This document shows, piece after piece, positions 27,379 to 36,991 of a stretch of 64,000 nucleotides of DNA. Made by a program: the position numbers and the translations under genes. This stretch comes from an uncultured Dehalococcoidia bacterium (GTDB lineage Bacteria; Chloroflexota; Dehalococcoidia; DSTF01; RBG-16-68-14). Location: the NCBI GenBank assembly GCA_964418365.1, contig CAYQLM010000003.1, positions 150 to 64,149 on the forward strand, given 5' to 3'. The stretch's first letter is position 1; every line of letters begins with the position of its first letter. The notes under the pieces were generated by a model. That model was not told the DNA's origin and did no database searches. It saw only the letters and a program-made list of their open reading frames with translations.

Positions 27379-28653
27379 TCAAGCCGGCGTTACGGCAGCG
27401 CTGACCTCGCCTGGCAGCGGATGAGGCTCGGTGATGGGCTCGCGTCCGTACGGCACGTAGCGCTTCAGCTTGAGGACCTGCCTTTCGAAGAGATGCCAGC
27501 TCAACCATGCCGCCGCAATAGAAATGGCGCTGCAGATGACGCTGAAGGCAATGTTTTGAGGGATCTGCGAGCCGAATACGGTACGCGCACCATAGCTGCG
27601 CAGCACCTGGGAAGCGACTTCGAACGCGACCAGCAGGTGGAATACATAGATCGCGTATGAATAGCGGCCCATGAAGCTGAGCGTTGGGTGCGTGAAGATG
27701 CGATACAGCGTTGAGCCGGGCCGCGATGTTAGGGCGAGCAGAAGCACGGCGGCAAAGAGCAGCGCCAGCGCAGACAATCCGATCGTCTGGACGCGTCGAT
27801 CGATCGCCGAGAGGCCGTCTTGCGTGTAGAACAGTATCGCCAGCACCAGGAGCGAGCCTGCCGCGACGAGTTGGGCGTGCGGTCTGAAGCGGGCGATTTG
27901 GCCACCGCCGCGCAGCGCGAGTGCAAGCAGCGCGCCGAGCGCCAGCGTATCCACGCGCGCCGGCAGCAAATTGTACGGCCCGGCGATAGTGGCAAACGAT
28001 GCACCGATAGGCTGGAGGAGCATGATGCGAAAAGCGAGCGCCCCGGCGACGAGCGCGGCGCACAAGATCATCACGGCTCGCCGGTTGAAGAGGCGCAAGA
28101 GAAGCGGCCAGAGCAGGTAGAACTGCTCTTCGATGGCAAGCGACCAGAACTGGCTGTATACCAGAGGAATGTGCGAATGAAGCTGCTTCACCGCCGAGGC
28201 GATGTTCACCGTGTACGTCCAGTACCAGAACTGCGTGTGATGCAGCGCCGTGGTCTGCCCAGGCCCCGCCAGCCGGTGGAAGTTCGGCAACGCAAACAGC
28301 GCGAACGCGAGGAAGGCATAATAGAGCGGGAAGATGCGGAGGAAGCGGCGCGCGTAGAAGTTTCTGAAGTAGAAGTTCGAACGCTTCGCGTCGTAGAGGA
28401 TGCCCGTGATCAGGAAGCCGGAGAGCACGAAAAAGAGGTCGACGCCAGACCAGCCAACACCAAAGAGCTTCCGCGCGAAGCGATCGATGCCGAGCGTCGG
28501 GTCGCGGTCTACGAGGCCGAACCCGAGCCCCCAGAAGTGGTACTGCATCACGAGCAGAATCGCCAGGCCTCGCAGGCCATCAAGGGGGGCCAGCCGCTTG
28601 CCTTCGCGCTCGTCTGGTGGCGGCGATGCGGCTTGGGCCGTCACGTCGTTCAT
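27379..28653 (-). CDS. Acyltransferase family 3 membrane O-acyltransferase (OafA/YrhL-like)
   Basis: 424 aa. LDGLRGLAILLVMQYHF...VDLFFVLSGFLITGIL...RRFLRIFPLYYAF, 10 TM helices. Confidence 0.8.
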   Translation of the reverse strand: MNDVTAQAASPPPDEREGKRLAPLDGLRGLAILLVMQYHFWGLGFGLVDRDPTLGIDRFARKLFGVGWSGVDLFFVLSGFLITGILYDAKRSNFYFRNFYARRFLRIFPLYYAFLAFALFALPNFHRLAGPGQTTALHHTQFWYWTYTVNIASAVKQLHSHIPLVYSQFWSLAIEEQFYLLWPLLLRLFNRRAVMILCAALVAGALAFRIMLLQPIGASFATIAGPYNLLPARVDTLALGALLALALRGGGQIARFRPHAQLVAAGSLLVLAILFYTQDGLSAIDRRVQTIGLSALALLFAAVLLLALTSRPGSTLYRIFTHPTLSFMGRYSYAIYVFHLLVAFEVASQVLRSYGARTVFGSQIPQNIAFSVICSAISIAAAWLSWHLFERQVLKLKRYVPYGREPITEPHPLPGEVSAAVTPA

Positions 28654-28854
28654 GTCGTCAGCGTCTCAGCCGGTATCGACCAAAGCCTGTGGCCAAGCAC
28701 CACCTGCTCCCTTCGCGTTGGATAACGCAGGCACCGCGGCTTTGTAACAGCCTCCAAGGGGCCTGGTTTGAGTTCGCCGGCCGGGCGCACGGCAGTATAT
28801 GGACCGCTCCGCTGAGCCGTCAAGGCGAGGGCCTTGTCGGCACGACCGCTGCCG

Positions 28855-30219
28855 CTACAGGTATGTCGGGCCCTTCTGTCGAGTGGTCAACAGCTGCCAG
28901 AGCCGTCCCGCGCGGTAGCTGGCCAGGCGGTAGGCGATTGCCCAGCGCCGCTCTTGCCTTCCGGAGCGCGCGGGTGCCGGCGTGCGGCAGAACTCTACCA
29001 GCGGCTCCAGCACCTTTTCCCAGCGAAACTCCTCGCGCACTTCGCGCAAGTTTTGCTTGCAGGCCTGCACCAGCGCCTCGTCGTCCACGAGCCGCCGGAT
29101 CGCCTGTGCCAGCGCCTGCGTGTCCCGTGGCGGCACAGTGATGCCCAACCGCCGGCTCGACACGAGGCCAGCGAGGACATCGCCCTCGGTGCAGACGATA
29201 GGACACTCTGCCCAGAACAGATCGAGGAAGCGCGTCCGAAATGAGTAGTTGGTTTCCAGCCCTTCGAAGTAGGTGCAGACGCCGATGTCGGCCTCCAGCA
29301 GATAGCTTGCTGTGTCGTCGTAGCTGACCCAGTCGACGTTGAAGAAGACAAACCGGTCGAGGAGGTCGAGTTCCTCACACAGGCGCAGCGCATTCCTCAC
29401 GCCCACAGCGCCAGTGCCTTTGAGCTTGCCCGGCTGCGGATAGCTGGGCAACTCCGTCCCCATGAAGAACAGCTTGATGTCGTCGCGTTCCCAGCTGAGC
29501 TGGTGTACGGCGCGGATCAGCGTCTCCAGGTCATACCAGTCTGTGGGTGCGCCGTTCCAGATCAGTACCTTATCGTCCTGCTTGATGCCGGGATGGACGC
29601 CCTTCAGCACCCGCCGGGCCGCCTGCGGTTCGCCTGGGCGCACGCCCAACGGCACGAGCCCCAGTAGCTGGGTGAGCCGCTTGTCCCGCGCGTAGGCTTC
29701 CGGCGTCACCCGTCCGACGGCGGTGAGCATGCCCAGGTACAGGTGCCGCTGGCGTTCGTTTGCGTACAGGATGAAGTCCGCCCACGTCAGTAACAGGTTC
29801 AGCTTGCGTCGCTGGCAGTCCACCCACGCCTGCCGATGCGAAGCCTCCAGCTCTGTGTTCGCGATCTCCAGCCATTCAGGCACGTAGACACCATACAGAT
29901 CGAGGACCACGCGCGTGTTGCGGGTGTGCGGCAGCAGGCTGACCGGAAAGGTATAGGAGATCATGATGTCGTGCTGCTGGGCAAGCGTCTTCAGGGAGGA
30001 AGGCGTGTAGCGGACCACGCGAAATGGCAGGTCCTGCGTGAGGAGGTCGCTGTCATTGGGGAGGGCGAGCGTGACCGTGCCCTGGGGCAGGCGATCCGCC
30101 AGCACGCGGGCGATGTGATAGCTGCGAATGCCCAGGCTCGACATGCGCTGCCCGACAACGCCCAAGCTCAACACCAGGACATTTGCCGCTTGCTGCTCGC
30201 TCGAGGGTGGCGTGGCCAT
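28855..30219 (-). CDS. GT-B glycosyltransferase, paralog A of a three-member family
   Basis: Conserved with 34267..35658 and 35655..36977: RMSSLGIRSYHIARVLAD..VTLA, LIWNG..TDWYDLETLIRA, DIKLFFMGTE, YDDTASYLLEADIGVCTYFEGLETNYSFRTRFLDLFWAECPIVCTEGDV, AIRRLVDD. Start at MATPPS (ATG complement 30217-30219). Confidence 0.6.
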   Translation of the reverse strand: MATPPSSEQQAANVLVLSLGVVGQRMSSLGIRSYHIARVLADRLPQGTVTLALPNDSDLLTQDLPFRVVRYTPSSLKTLAQQHDIMISYTFPVSLLPHTRNTRVVLDLYGVYVPEWLEIANTELEASHRQAWVDCQRRKLNLLLTWADFILYANERQRHLYLGMLTAVGRVTPEAYARDKRLTQLLGLVPLGVRPGEPQAARRVLKGVHPGIKQDDKVLIWNGAPTDWYDLETLIRAVHQLSWERDDIKLFFMGTELPSYPQPGKLKGTGAVGVRNALRLCEELDLLDRFVFFNVDWVSYDDTASYLLEADIGVCTYFEGLETNYSFRTRFLDLFWAECPIVCTEGDVLAGLVSSRRLGITVPPRDTQALAQAIRRLVDDEALVQACKQNLREVREEFRWEKVLEPLVEFCRTPAPARSGRQERRWAIAYRLASYRAGRLWQLLTTRQKGPTYL

Positions 30220-30356
30220 GGAAGAACGCCGGATCCTAGCGATGGTGTCCGAGCGCGGCGGTGGGAGCGCCACCAACCATGGAAGCTGCGAGGCTCCAGC
30301 AGCGGCGCTGCATCACGAACAGAATCGCGGGGCGGCGCAGGCCATCATGGTGCTCC

Positions 30357-31133
30357 CTATCGGCGGTCATGTATCAACTCCGACGACGCCGTCTTCGATA
30401 GGGCCACAAGGAATCGATCATACGAGACGGGTGCGGGAAACCGCACCGCTTCGTACAGCGTCGCGGGATCATCCAGGAAGTCGGGGAATCGTACGACCGA
30501 ATGGGGAAGCCGGTGATCATGGATTGCCATCATGCAGAGACCCAGCCCGTAGATGAATGAGTTCTTCGCGGTGGATCTAGACCTGAATAAGAGATTGCCG
30601 GCCGCGAAATGGCTTTCCAGCATCGCGTCGAAATTTCTTACGCAGACGAGAACGTGATCGATCTGCGCTCCGGAAGCAGCCCAAACGCCGAGTGTCCAGC
30701 AGAAGGCCGGGTCTTTAACAACCTGGAAACGACGAGACATCTCCACCAATACCGCTCGGTGGGCCTCGACGACACCCTCGAAGCGTTCCCACGGCACAAG
30801 TTCTAATGGCTCCGCTCGTCGGCCCAAACAACGCAGAGCGACCCGTTCGATCGTATTGCTCAGCCACCAACTGAGCTTGCCGCGCGGCGGGTCGTCCGGA
30901 TCACTAAGCAGACGGCGCACCGCTTCATTCACCGTCCTGCTTGCAAGAATGCTCAGGCCCAGGTCGCGGATGACACGATGATTTTGCCGAAAGATGTCCG
31001 GAGCTTCATACCCAGCGTTTTTTTCGGAGACCAATGGCCTCCCGGATCGAACCCCAACTCGCGATAGAGTTGCGCCAGGAGCGACGTGCCGCTTCTTCCG
31101 GTTCCCGTGATTATTATCAAGCGTTCACCTCGG
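30357..31133 (-). pseudogene. Sulfotransferase (Stf0/PAPS-dependent type) interrupted by a single-base frameshift in a T7/A7 homopolymer
   Basis: Upstream frame from TTG ~31133 (GAGGTG RBS) encodes MIIITGTGRSGTSLLAQLYRELGFDPGGHW, the 5'-PSB P-loop of sulfotransferases. The frame breaks at ttttttt 31018-31024. The downstream frame (ORF 30357..31034) carries the 3'-PB-like VVKDPAFCWTLGVW. Combined length ~259 aa, the expected size. Confidence 0.55.
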
Positions 31134-31159
31134 ATATGGGCGTTGGACAGCTCCGACGC

Positions 31160-31789
31160 TCAGCCTTCCCGCCCGGCGATGGCCGGTTGCTCCTTGATCG
31201 CGCGCAGGATGAGCGCCGCTTCCTGGATACCGAGCAAGTGTCCCCAGAAGCGCTCGCAAAGGTATTGGGAGTTGCGGCCGTGGTTCGCCAGGACATGAAC
31301 AACTTGGTTCACAACACGCCGCAGGAAGGCAAACTCCGCAGCATTCTGAATGGAGAAGTTGAGCCGGGAATGCTCGATCCGGAACCTTGCTTTCGCATAG
31401 TAGGCGAAGGCTCTGCCATCGAAATACGTGTCATCGAAGTAAGCGAAAGTGGCGATGAACAGGCCACGTCGATGTGTGGGATCCTTCCATATATCATAGG
31501 ATGACGAGCCGTGAGGAACTTTGATGTACACAAGGGCGTTCGGGCGGCAGACGCGCCAGATCTCATCCATGAACGCCAGGAAATCATCCAGGTGCTCCAG
31601 CAGGTGGTACGCGTAAACCGCGTCGACCGAGTTATCCCGAAACGGCAGTCCGTAGTTGAAGTGAGCCAGCACATCGACGGCTGAAGCACATGCCATGTCA
31701 ACGCCAATCGACCCGGGGATCTTCTTCTGGCCGCAGCCCAAGTCAACCTTTACCGCTGCACGGGCACAAAGACCCGGCCGCGTCTTCAT
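31160..31789 (-). CDS. Class I SAM-dependent methyltransferase
   Basis: 209 aa. VDLGCGQKKIPGSIGVDM, LPFRDNSVDAVYAYHLLEHL, ALVYIKVPH. GAGGAGG RBS. Noticeably lower GC than its surroundings. Confidence 0.75.
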   Translation of the reverse strand: MKTRPGLCARAAVKVDLGCGQKKIPGSIGVDMACASAVDVLAHFNYGLPFRDNSVDAVYAYHLLEHLDDFLAFMDEIWRVCRPNALVYIKVPHGSSSYDIWKDPTHRRGLFIATFAYFDDTYFDGRAFAYYAKARFRIEHSRLNFSIQNAAEFAFLRRVVNQVVHVLANHGRNSQYLCERFWGHLLGIQEAALILRAIKEQPAIAGREG

Positions 31790-32671
31790 CTACCCTATGC
31801 CTCCTCGACCGCTGCCGGTCGACACTTCTTCAGGCGGTGGTGCCCCGCCAGCCTGCCGCCAGGCGGCGATCGCTCGCTGGAGCGCGTGCCGGGCTGCCGG
31901 CGAACGCTCTGCCAACCTCGTGAGGTATTCGTTCACCACCGCTCTGGGTTCGCCGACCGTGACAATTCGGCCCTGGTCCAGTAGCGCGACCCGGTCCGAA
32001 AAGCGTTCGATATTTGCTACGTCGTGCGACACGAGCACGATCGTTATGCCCTGTTGCTTGAGCGACTCGAAATGTTCATAGCACTTCTCCTGGAAGTCCG
32101 CGTCGCCCACCGCGAGCACCTCATCGACGATGAAGATGTCCGGCCGGACATGAACGGCCACCGAGAAGGAGAGCCGAAGGGTCATCCCCCAGGAGTAGGT
32201 GCGCATCGGCCGATCGGCGAACGCTTCCAGCTCGGCGAAGCGGATGATCTCCGGGATCTTATCCCGGATGTCTTGCTTGGAGAGGCCCATGAGCAGACCG
32301 TTGATATAGGCGTTCTCGCGCCCCGTCGCGCGCGGGTGGAAGCCGGCACCAAGATCCAAAAGCGACGCAATGCGGCCGTTCGCGGTCACGGTACCATTCG
32401 TCGGCTCCGACAGTCCAGCCATGATGCGCAGCAGCGTGCTTTTTCCCGACCCGTTCTGGCCGATGAGGCCGAGAAACTCGCCCCGCCGCACCGATAAGCT
32501 GACGTCGTGCAGCGCCCAGAACGGCTCGCCGAACAGCACTTCCTTCACGAATGAAAACGGGTGCAAGAATGCCTCGCTCGCGCGCCAGGGATGCAGCTGC
32601 GTTACAAAGAACCGCTTTGAGACGTTCTCGACGGACAGCGCCAAGTCTTGGTCAGAGCGCATCTGCGACAT
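31790..32671 (-). CDS. wzt: ABC transporter ATP-binding protein, polysaccharide export type (Wzt/TagH/KpsT-like)
   Basis: 293 aa. Walker A GQNGSGKSTLL; signature YSWGMTLRLSFS; Walker B IFIVDEVLAVGD. No C-terminal carbohydrate-binding extension. Confidence 0.85.
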   Translation of the reverse strand: MSQMRSDQDLALSVENVSKRFFVTQLHPWRASEAFLHPFSFVKEVLFGEPFWALHDVSLSVRRGEFLGLIGQNGSGKSTLLRIMAGLSEPTNGTVTANGRIASLLDLGAGFHPRATGRENAYINGLLMGLSKQDIRDKIPEIIRFAELEAFADRPMRTYSWGMTLRLSFSVAVHVRPDIFIVDEVLAVGDADFQEKCYEHFESLKQQGITIVLVSHDVANIERFSDRVALLDQGRIVTVGEPRAVVNEYLTRLAERSPAARHALQRAIAAWRQAGGAPPPEEVSTGSGRGGIG

Positions 32672-33446
32672 GTTTTTCCAGGGTCCTGAAGATCGCCGTG
32701 CCGATGATGAGAAAAAGGATCATCGCGCCGAACGTCGACCAGATTTCGTGACCGGGAAACGCTCCATCCAGCAGCACGCTACGCCAGCCAACCATCAGTC
32801 CCGTGAGCGGGTTAATCAGCAGGATGGGCCTGATGCTTGGAGGTACGCGCCCGAGCGGGAAGATCACGGCCGAGGCATAGAACAGGATGTTGAGGCTCAC
32901 GTCCACTAGCGGAGAAATGTCACGGAAGAAGACGTTCAGCGGCGAGAGCATCAGGCCGATGCCGACGGTCAGTCCGAACTGCAGCAGAATGAGGAATGGA
33001 ATGCCGAGAAGCCACATCGGCTTCGGCCCTTCGCCTCCGACGAAGAGGAAGATGAGCAGTACGGGCAAGATGAGTGTGAATTGCGCGGCATTCCCGAACG
33101 CCGCGGAGAGCGGCAAGATGGCGCGCGGGAAGATCACCTTCTTCACGAGCGATCCGTACGTCACCAGGACGTTTGACGACTCAGTGACGGCAGATGTGAA
33201 CCAGAACCAGGGAAAGAGCCCCGTCATGATGAACAGAGGATAATGTGGAACATCGATCGTCAGCACTTTGCGAAACGCGAACCAGAGCAGTAGCCCCAAG
33301 GCCAGGGGGCGCGCGACCCACCAAACATAGCCCAGTACCGTCCCCCGATAGCGTAGGATGAGCTCACGCGTGGTGAGAGCGAACAGCAGATCCCACGCAC
33401 GTCCCCAGTTGGCGGTACGAGAAGCTGATCCGGCGTCGAGACCCAT
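32652..33446 (-). CDS. wzm: ABC-2 type polysaccharide exporter permease (Wzm-like)
   Basis: Start at MGLDAGS (ATG complement 33444-33446) with an AAGGAG RBS. 6 TM helices; LFALTTRELILRYRGTVLGYVWW is the ABC-2 signature region. Overlaps wzt by 20 nt. Confidence 0.8.
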   Translation of the reverse strand: MGLDAGSASRTANWGRAWDLLFALTTRELILRYRGTVLGYVWWVARPLALGLLLWFAFRKVLTIDVPHYPLFIMTGLFPWFWFTSAVTESSNVLVTYGSLVKKVIFPRAILPLSAAFGNAAQFTLILPVLLIFLFVGGEGPKPMWLLGIPFLILLQFGLTVGIGLMLSPLNVFFRDISPLVDVSLNILFYASAVIFPLGRVPPSIRPILLINPLTGLMVGWRSVLLDGAFPGHEIWSTFGAMILFLIIGTAIFRTLEKHVADAL

Positions 33447-33457
33447 CCCACCGCTCC

Positions 33458-34270
33458 TTACGCGCGCGCCCGCCAGGTGGTGATCAGGAAATCGCTGGCG
33501 CCGGGCATTCGGCGAGCAAGGGCATCGAAACGGCGCAAGATCAGCCGTGCGACACGTCCCGGCATCAGGCTGAGCAGCGTGCCCCAGCCGGGGAACGCCC
33601 ATAACAACGAAACGCCGTAGACGGCTTCCAGGTCGAGACAAGGCTGGCCCATCTTCTTCAGCCTCCCCAGTGTCGTTTCAAAGGTGTGCTCATGCGGGAC
33701 GGGCGTATCCCAAAACTTGTTCTTGCCGGGCTGGATTATTCCCACGCGACGTCCGATGCGATATAGCACCCTACTGCCGCGGCACGAGATGCCGCCGTAG
33801 TTCACCAGGCCGATGATGGCCAGACCGCCTGGCTTCAAGATGCGCGCGATCTCCTGCATGCCCTTCTCCGGGTTCGCGAAATGGTCGAGCGAAGACTGAC
33901 AGAGCACGCGGTCAAAACTGTGATCGCGGAAGGGTACCACTTCGCCGATCGCCTTGAAGAGCTCAAGGCGCATGCCCACCCCCATCGCCCTCGTCTGCGC
34001 CTTCGAGATCATTGCGGGCGATGGCTCCAGCGCGAGCACGTCCCAGCCATGGTCGTGCAACGCGGGGGCGTGCAGGGCGGAGCCACAGGCGAGATCCAGC
34101 ACACGTCCTGGTGTGCCAGCCACCGCCTTCTCTTGGAACGCGTCTTCCATACGCACCAGGATGAAACTGTTGTCCGGCCCGCGCGGCCAGTTCTCCCAGA
34201 GGGGCTCCGGCGCCCAGTCGAGATCGACGTTGCCGAGGGTTGCCGAGGGTGCGTGTGGCTCGTTTGTCAC
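33458..34270 (-). CDS. Class I SAM-dependent methyltransferase (Methyltransf_11-like)
   Basis: 270 aa. VLDLACGSALHAPALHDHGWDVLALEPS, FDRVLCQSSLDHF, LKPGGLAIIG. Confidence 0.75.
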   Translation of the reverse strand: MTNEPHAPSATLGNVDLDWAPEPLWENWPRGPDNSFILVRMEDAFQEKAVAGTPGRVLDLACGSALHAPALHDHGWDVLALEPSPAMISKAQTRAMGVGMRLELFKAIGEVVPFRDHSFDRVLCQSSLDHFANPEKGMQEIARILKPGGLAIIGLVNYGGISCRGSRVLYRIGRRVGIIQPGKNKFWDTPVPHEHTFETTLGRLKKMGQPCLDLEAVYGVSLLWAFPGWGTLLSLMPGRVARLILRRFDALARRMPGASDFLITTWRARA

Positions 34271-35658
34271 GGCTGAGTTGCTCCTTCTGGCGCGGCAGGC
34301 CGCGCCCTGGGGTAACGCATGTTATCCCAACGCCGGTAGAAGGCAAGACGTAACTTGGACTCGAGGCTCGAGGCCAACGTCGTCGTCAGGGGCAGGAGGC
34401 GGCTCCACTTCTGAGCCGGCTCGGCAGACTCGCGACAGTACTCCACCAGTCCTTCCAGGACGCGCTCCCAGCGATATGCTTCCTTCTCCTTCCGCAGGTT
34501 CTCCTTGCACTGCACCACGAGGGCGCTGTCATCGGCCAGCCGAAGGATGGCTTCCGCCAGCGCGCCTTCGTTACGCTCTGGCACAGCGATTCCCAGCGGC
34601 CGGCGGGCGACCAGCTCGGCCCACACGTCGCCCTGGGTACAGACGATGGGGAGCTCCGTCCACAGCAAATCGAGGAGGCGAGAACGGAAGGAGAAATGCG
34701 TCTCAAGATTGTCGAAGTACGTGCAGATGCCAATGTCCGCCTCGCATAAGTAATTCACGGTGTCCTCGTATTCGATCCAGTCGAAGTTGAAAAAGACGAA
34801 CTTGTCCAGCAGGTCCAGCTCGCGGCAGAGCTGGTACGCGCTTCGCTGAGTACCGCCACCAAGGCCATGCAGCTTGGGAGCGTCGGTGTCTGGGTTATCC
34901 GGGTGTTCCGTGCCGAGGAAGAAGAGTTTAATGTCATGTCGCTGTTCGCTGATGCGATGGATGGCGTGGATCAGCGTCTCCACGTCGTACCATTCAATGA
35001 TGCCGCCGTTCCAAATGAGCAGCGTGTCCGTGGGCAGGATGCCGGGCCATACGCCTTTCAGCACACGACGCGTTGGCCTGGGCTCGTTGGGCCGGACGCC
35101 GAACGGCGCGAGTACGAGCAGCTTGGCGAGCCAGTGGTCGTCGTCGTACGTCTCAGGAGTCACCCGGCCGAGGGCGCTCAGCATGCCGAAATAGAGATCG
35201 CGCTGCCGCAGCGTGGCGCAAAGGATGCTGTCTGCCAGGAGCAGTTGCACCATCAGGTCGCGCGACAAGGAGTTGAAGAATGTGGTTTTGCGGGAGTCGT
35301 CGATACCGAAGAACTTCGCAACTTCAATCCATTCCGTAACGTACGGCGTGAACATGTCCAGCACCAGCCGCTTGCTCTGAAGCAGTGGAAGCAGGAAGAG
35401 CGGGAAGCGACTGCCGATCACAATGTCGCTCTTGCGCGTGGCCGCGGTCAACGCGCCGCGAGTGTACGGGACCGCGCGGAAGGGAACATCGGCCGCGATC
35501 TCGTCAGGCGAAGGCGTCGCCAGCGTCACTTGGGCGCCGGGCACGTTCTCGGCCAGCACGCGGGCGATGTGATAGGCGCGGATGCCCGGGCTGGCCATCC
35601 GGCGGCCGGTGCGGTTCTTGGTCGTGACGAGGATGCGTGGCCCTCCGTTCACGATCAT
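34267..35658 (-). CDS. GT-B glycosyltransferase, paralog B
   Basis: 463 aa. RMASPGIRAYHIARVLAENVPGAQVTLA ... YEDTVNYLCEADIGICTYFDNLETHFSFRSRLLDLLWTELPIVCTQGDV ... AILRLADD. ATGA overlap with the neighbouring genes. Confidence 0.6.
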   Translation of the reverse strand: MIVNGGPRILVTTKNRTGRRMASPGIRAYHIARVLAENVPGAQVTLATPSPDEIAADVPFRAVPYTRGALTAATRKSDIVIGSRFPLFLLPLLQSKRLVLDMFTPYVTEWIEVAKFFGIDDSRKTTFFNSLSRDLMVQLLLADSILCATLRQRDLYFGMLSALGRVTPETYDDDHWLAKLLVLAPFGVRPNEPRPTRRVLKGVWPGILPTDTLLIWNGGIIEWYDVETLIHAIHRISEQRHDIKLFFLGTEHPDNPDTDAPKLHGLGGGTQRSAYQLCRELDLLDKFVFFNFDWIEYEDTVNYLCEADIGICTYFDNLETHFSFRSRLLDLLWTELPIVCTQGDVWAELVARRPLGIAVPERNEGALAEAILRLADDSALVVQCKENLRKEKEAYRWERVLEGLVEYCRESAEPAQKWSRLLPLTTTLASSLESKLRLAFYRRWDNMRYPRARPAAPEGATQP

Positions 35659-36977
35659 ATCCTCAGCAGGAGTGACCTGAGCGTACGGATCCGCCGGGTG
35701 ATCTCATGGCCCGCGATGCGCGAGATGAGCGGCCCAACCCGTTCGCCCTTGGGCTTTGCGATCGACTCGCCGTCGTTGCAGAACTTGATCAGCGGCTCGA
35801 GCGCGACCTCCCAGGTCATGCAATGCTTGATGGCGTGGATATTGCGCTTGCACTCCTCGTAGAACTCGCGGTCGTCCAGGAGCCTCCGGATAGCGCCAGC
35901 CAGGCCAGGAACGTCGCGTTCCTTGACCGTCAGGCCGAGGCGGTGCTCTTCTACCGATTCGGCTAGCACGTCGCCCTTCGTGCAGATGAGGGGTACCTCT
36001 GCCCAGAAGACGTCCAGAAAGCGCGTTCGCAGGGAGAAGTTCGTCTCAAGCCCCTCGAAGTAGGTACAGACGCTGAGGTCCGCTTCCAGCGTGTAGTTCT
36101 TCATCTCTTCGTATGGGACCCAGCCGACATCGAAGAAGACACTGCGATTGTATAGCCCGAGTTCCCGTGATAGCGCTACCGCCTCCTGAAAGCGGCCGCC
36201 CAGCCCCAGGTTGTGCAGCCCGGGGTAGGACGCCCCCAGGAACAGGAGCTTCAGGTCGTCACGCTCGCGCGACAGCTTGGCGAGCGCGCTGATGAGCGTG
36301 GCTGGGTCATACCAACCAAGGATGCCGCCGTTCCACAGGATCAACTTGTCCGTCTCCTTGATCCCGGCGTACTGTCCCTTCACTACATGTTTCGTATGCT
36401 CCAGTGGATCGGGACGCACGCCGTGCGGCGCGACGCCGATGAGCTTGCGCAGCGATGGGTCCTTCGTGTGGCTGCGCGGGGTCACCAACCCGAGGCTTAC
36501 CATCGAGCCTAGGTGTGCATCGCGCTGCCGTTCGCTGGCCGCGAGCACGAAGTCGGCGAAGGTCAGCTGAATGTTGAGCAACTTTCGCGACTGCGAGAGC
36601 CAGGCGCCGCGGCGCAGCCGCGTGAAGCCCGGATCGTCCTTGGACGCCTCCGTCCATTCCAGGAGGTACTGCGTAAAAAAGTCCAGTACGAAGGTCTTCC
36701 AGGGAAAGAAGAAGAGCGCGTACGAGGGGAAGCCGGTGGCGATGATGATGTCGTGGGTAGCGATCTCGCGGATCACGGTCAGCTTGGTGTAGTAAACGAG
36801 ACGGCAGGGCGCGTTCTCGATCTTTCCTTGCGCGCTATCCGAGGCAACGGCGAGGGTGACGGACGCGCCGGGCACCTGTTCGGCGAGGACGCGCGCCATG
36901 TGATGAGCGCGGATGCCCGGGCTGGACATCCGCTCACCGTAGGCTGCTCCCGCGAGGATGAGGATTCGCTTCCCCAT
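35655..36977 (-). CDS. GT-B glycosyltransferase, paralog C
   Basis: 440 aa. RMSSPGIRAHHMARVLAEQVPGASVTLA ... YEEMKNYTLEADLSVCTYFEGLETNFSLRTRFLDVFWAEVPLICTKGDV ... AIRRLLDD. Confidence 0.6.
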   Translation of the reverse strand: MGKRILILAGAAYGERMSSPGIRAHHMARVLAEQVPGASVTLAVASDSAQGKIENAPCRLVYYTKLTVIREIATHDIIIATGFPSYALFFFPWKTFVLDFFTQYLLEWTEASKDDPGFTRLRRGAWLSQSRKLLNIQLTFADFVLAASERQRDAHLGSMVSLGLVTPRSHTKDPSLRKLIGVAPHGVRPDPLEHTKHVVKGQYAGIKETDKLILWNGGILGWYDPATLISALAKLSRERDDLKLLFLGASYPGLHNLGLGGRFQEAVALSRELGLYNRSVFFDVGWVPYEEMKNYTLEADLSVCTYFEGLETNFSLRTRFLDVFWAEVPLICTKGDVLAESVEEHRLGLTVKERDVPGLAGAIRRLLDDREFYEECKRNIHAIKHCMTWEVALEPLIKFCNDGESIAKPKGERVGPLISRIAGHEITRRIRTLRSLLLRI

Positions 36978-36991
36978 AACAGACTATTAGG

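Noticed and set aside
28063-28064. ORF-track N-terminal extensions (25802..28063 upper part, 39037..40569 upper part, 4352..5647 upper part, 52406..52579, 50078..50164, 19985..20041)
   Set aside because: The extensions overlap upstream genes or have no protein-like composition. Starts were reassigned to in-frame ATG/GTG/TTG codons with RBS-like sequences and sensible N-termini (signal peptides, Rossmann motifs).
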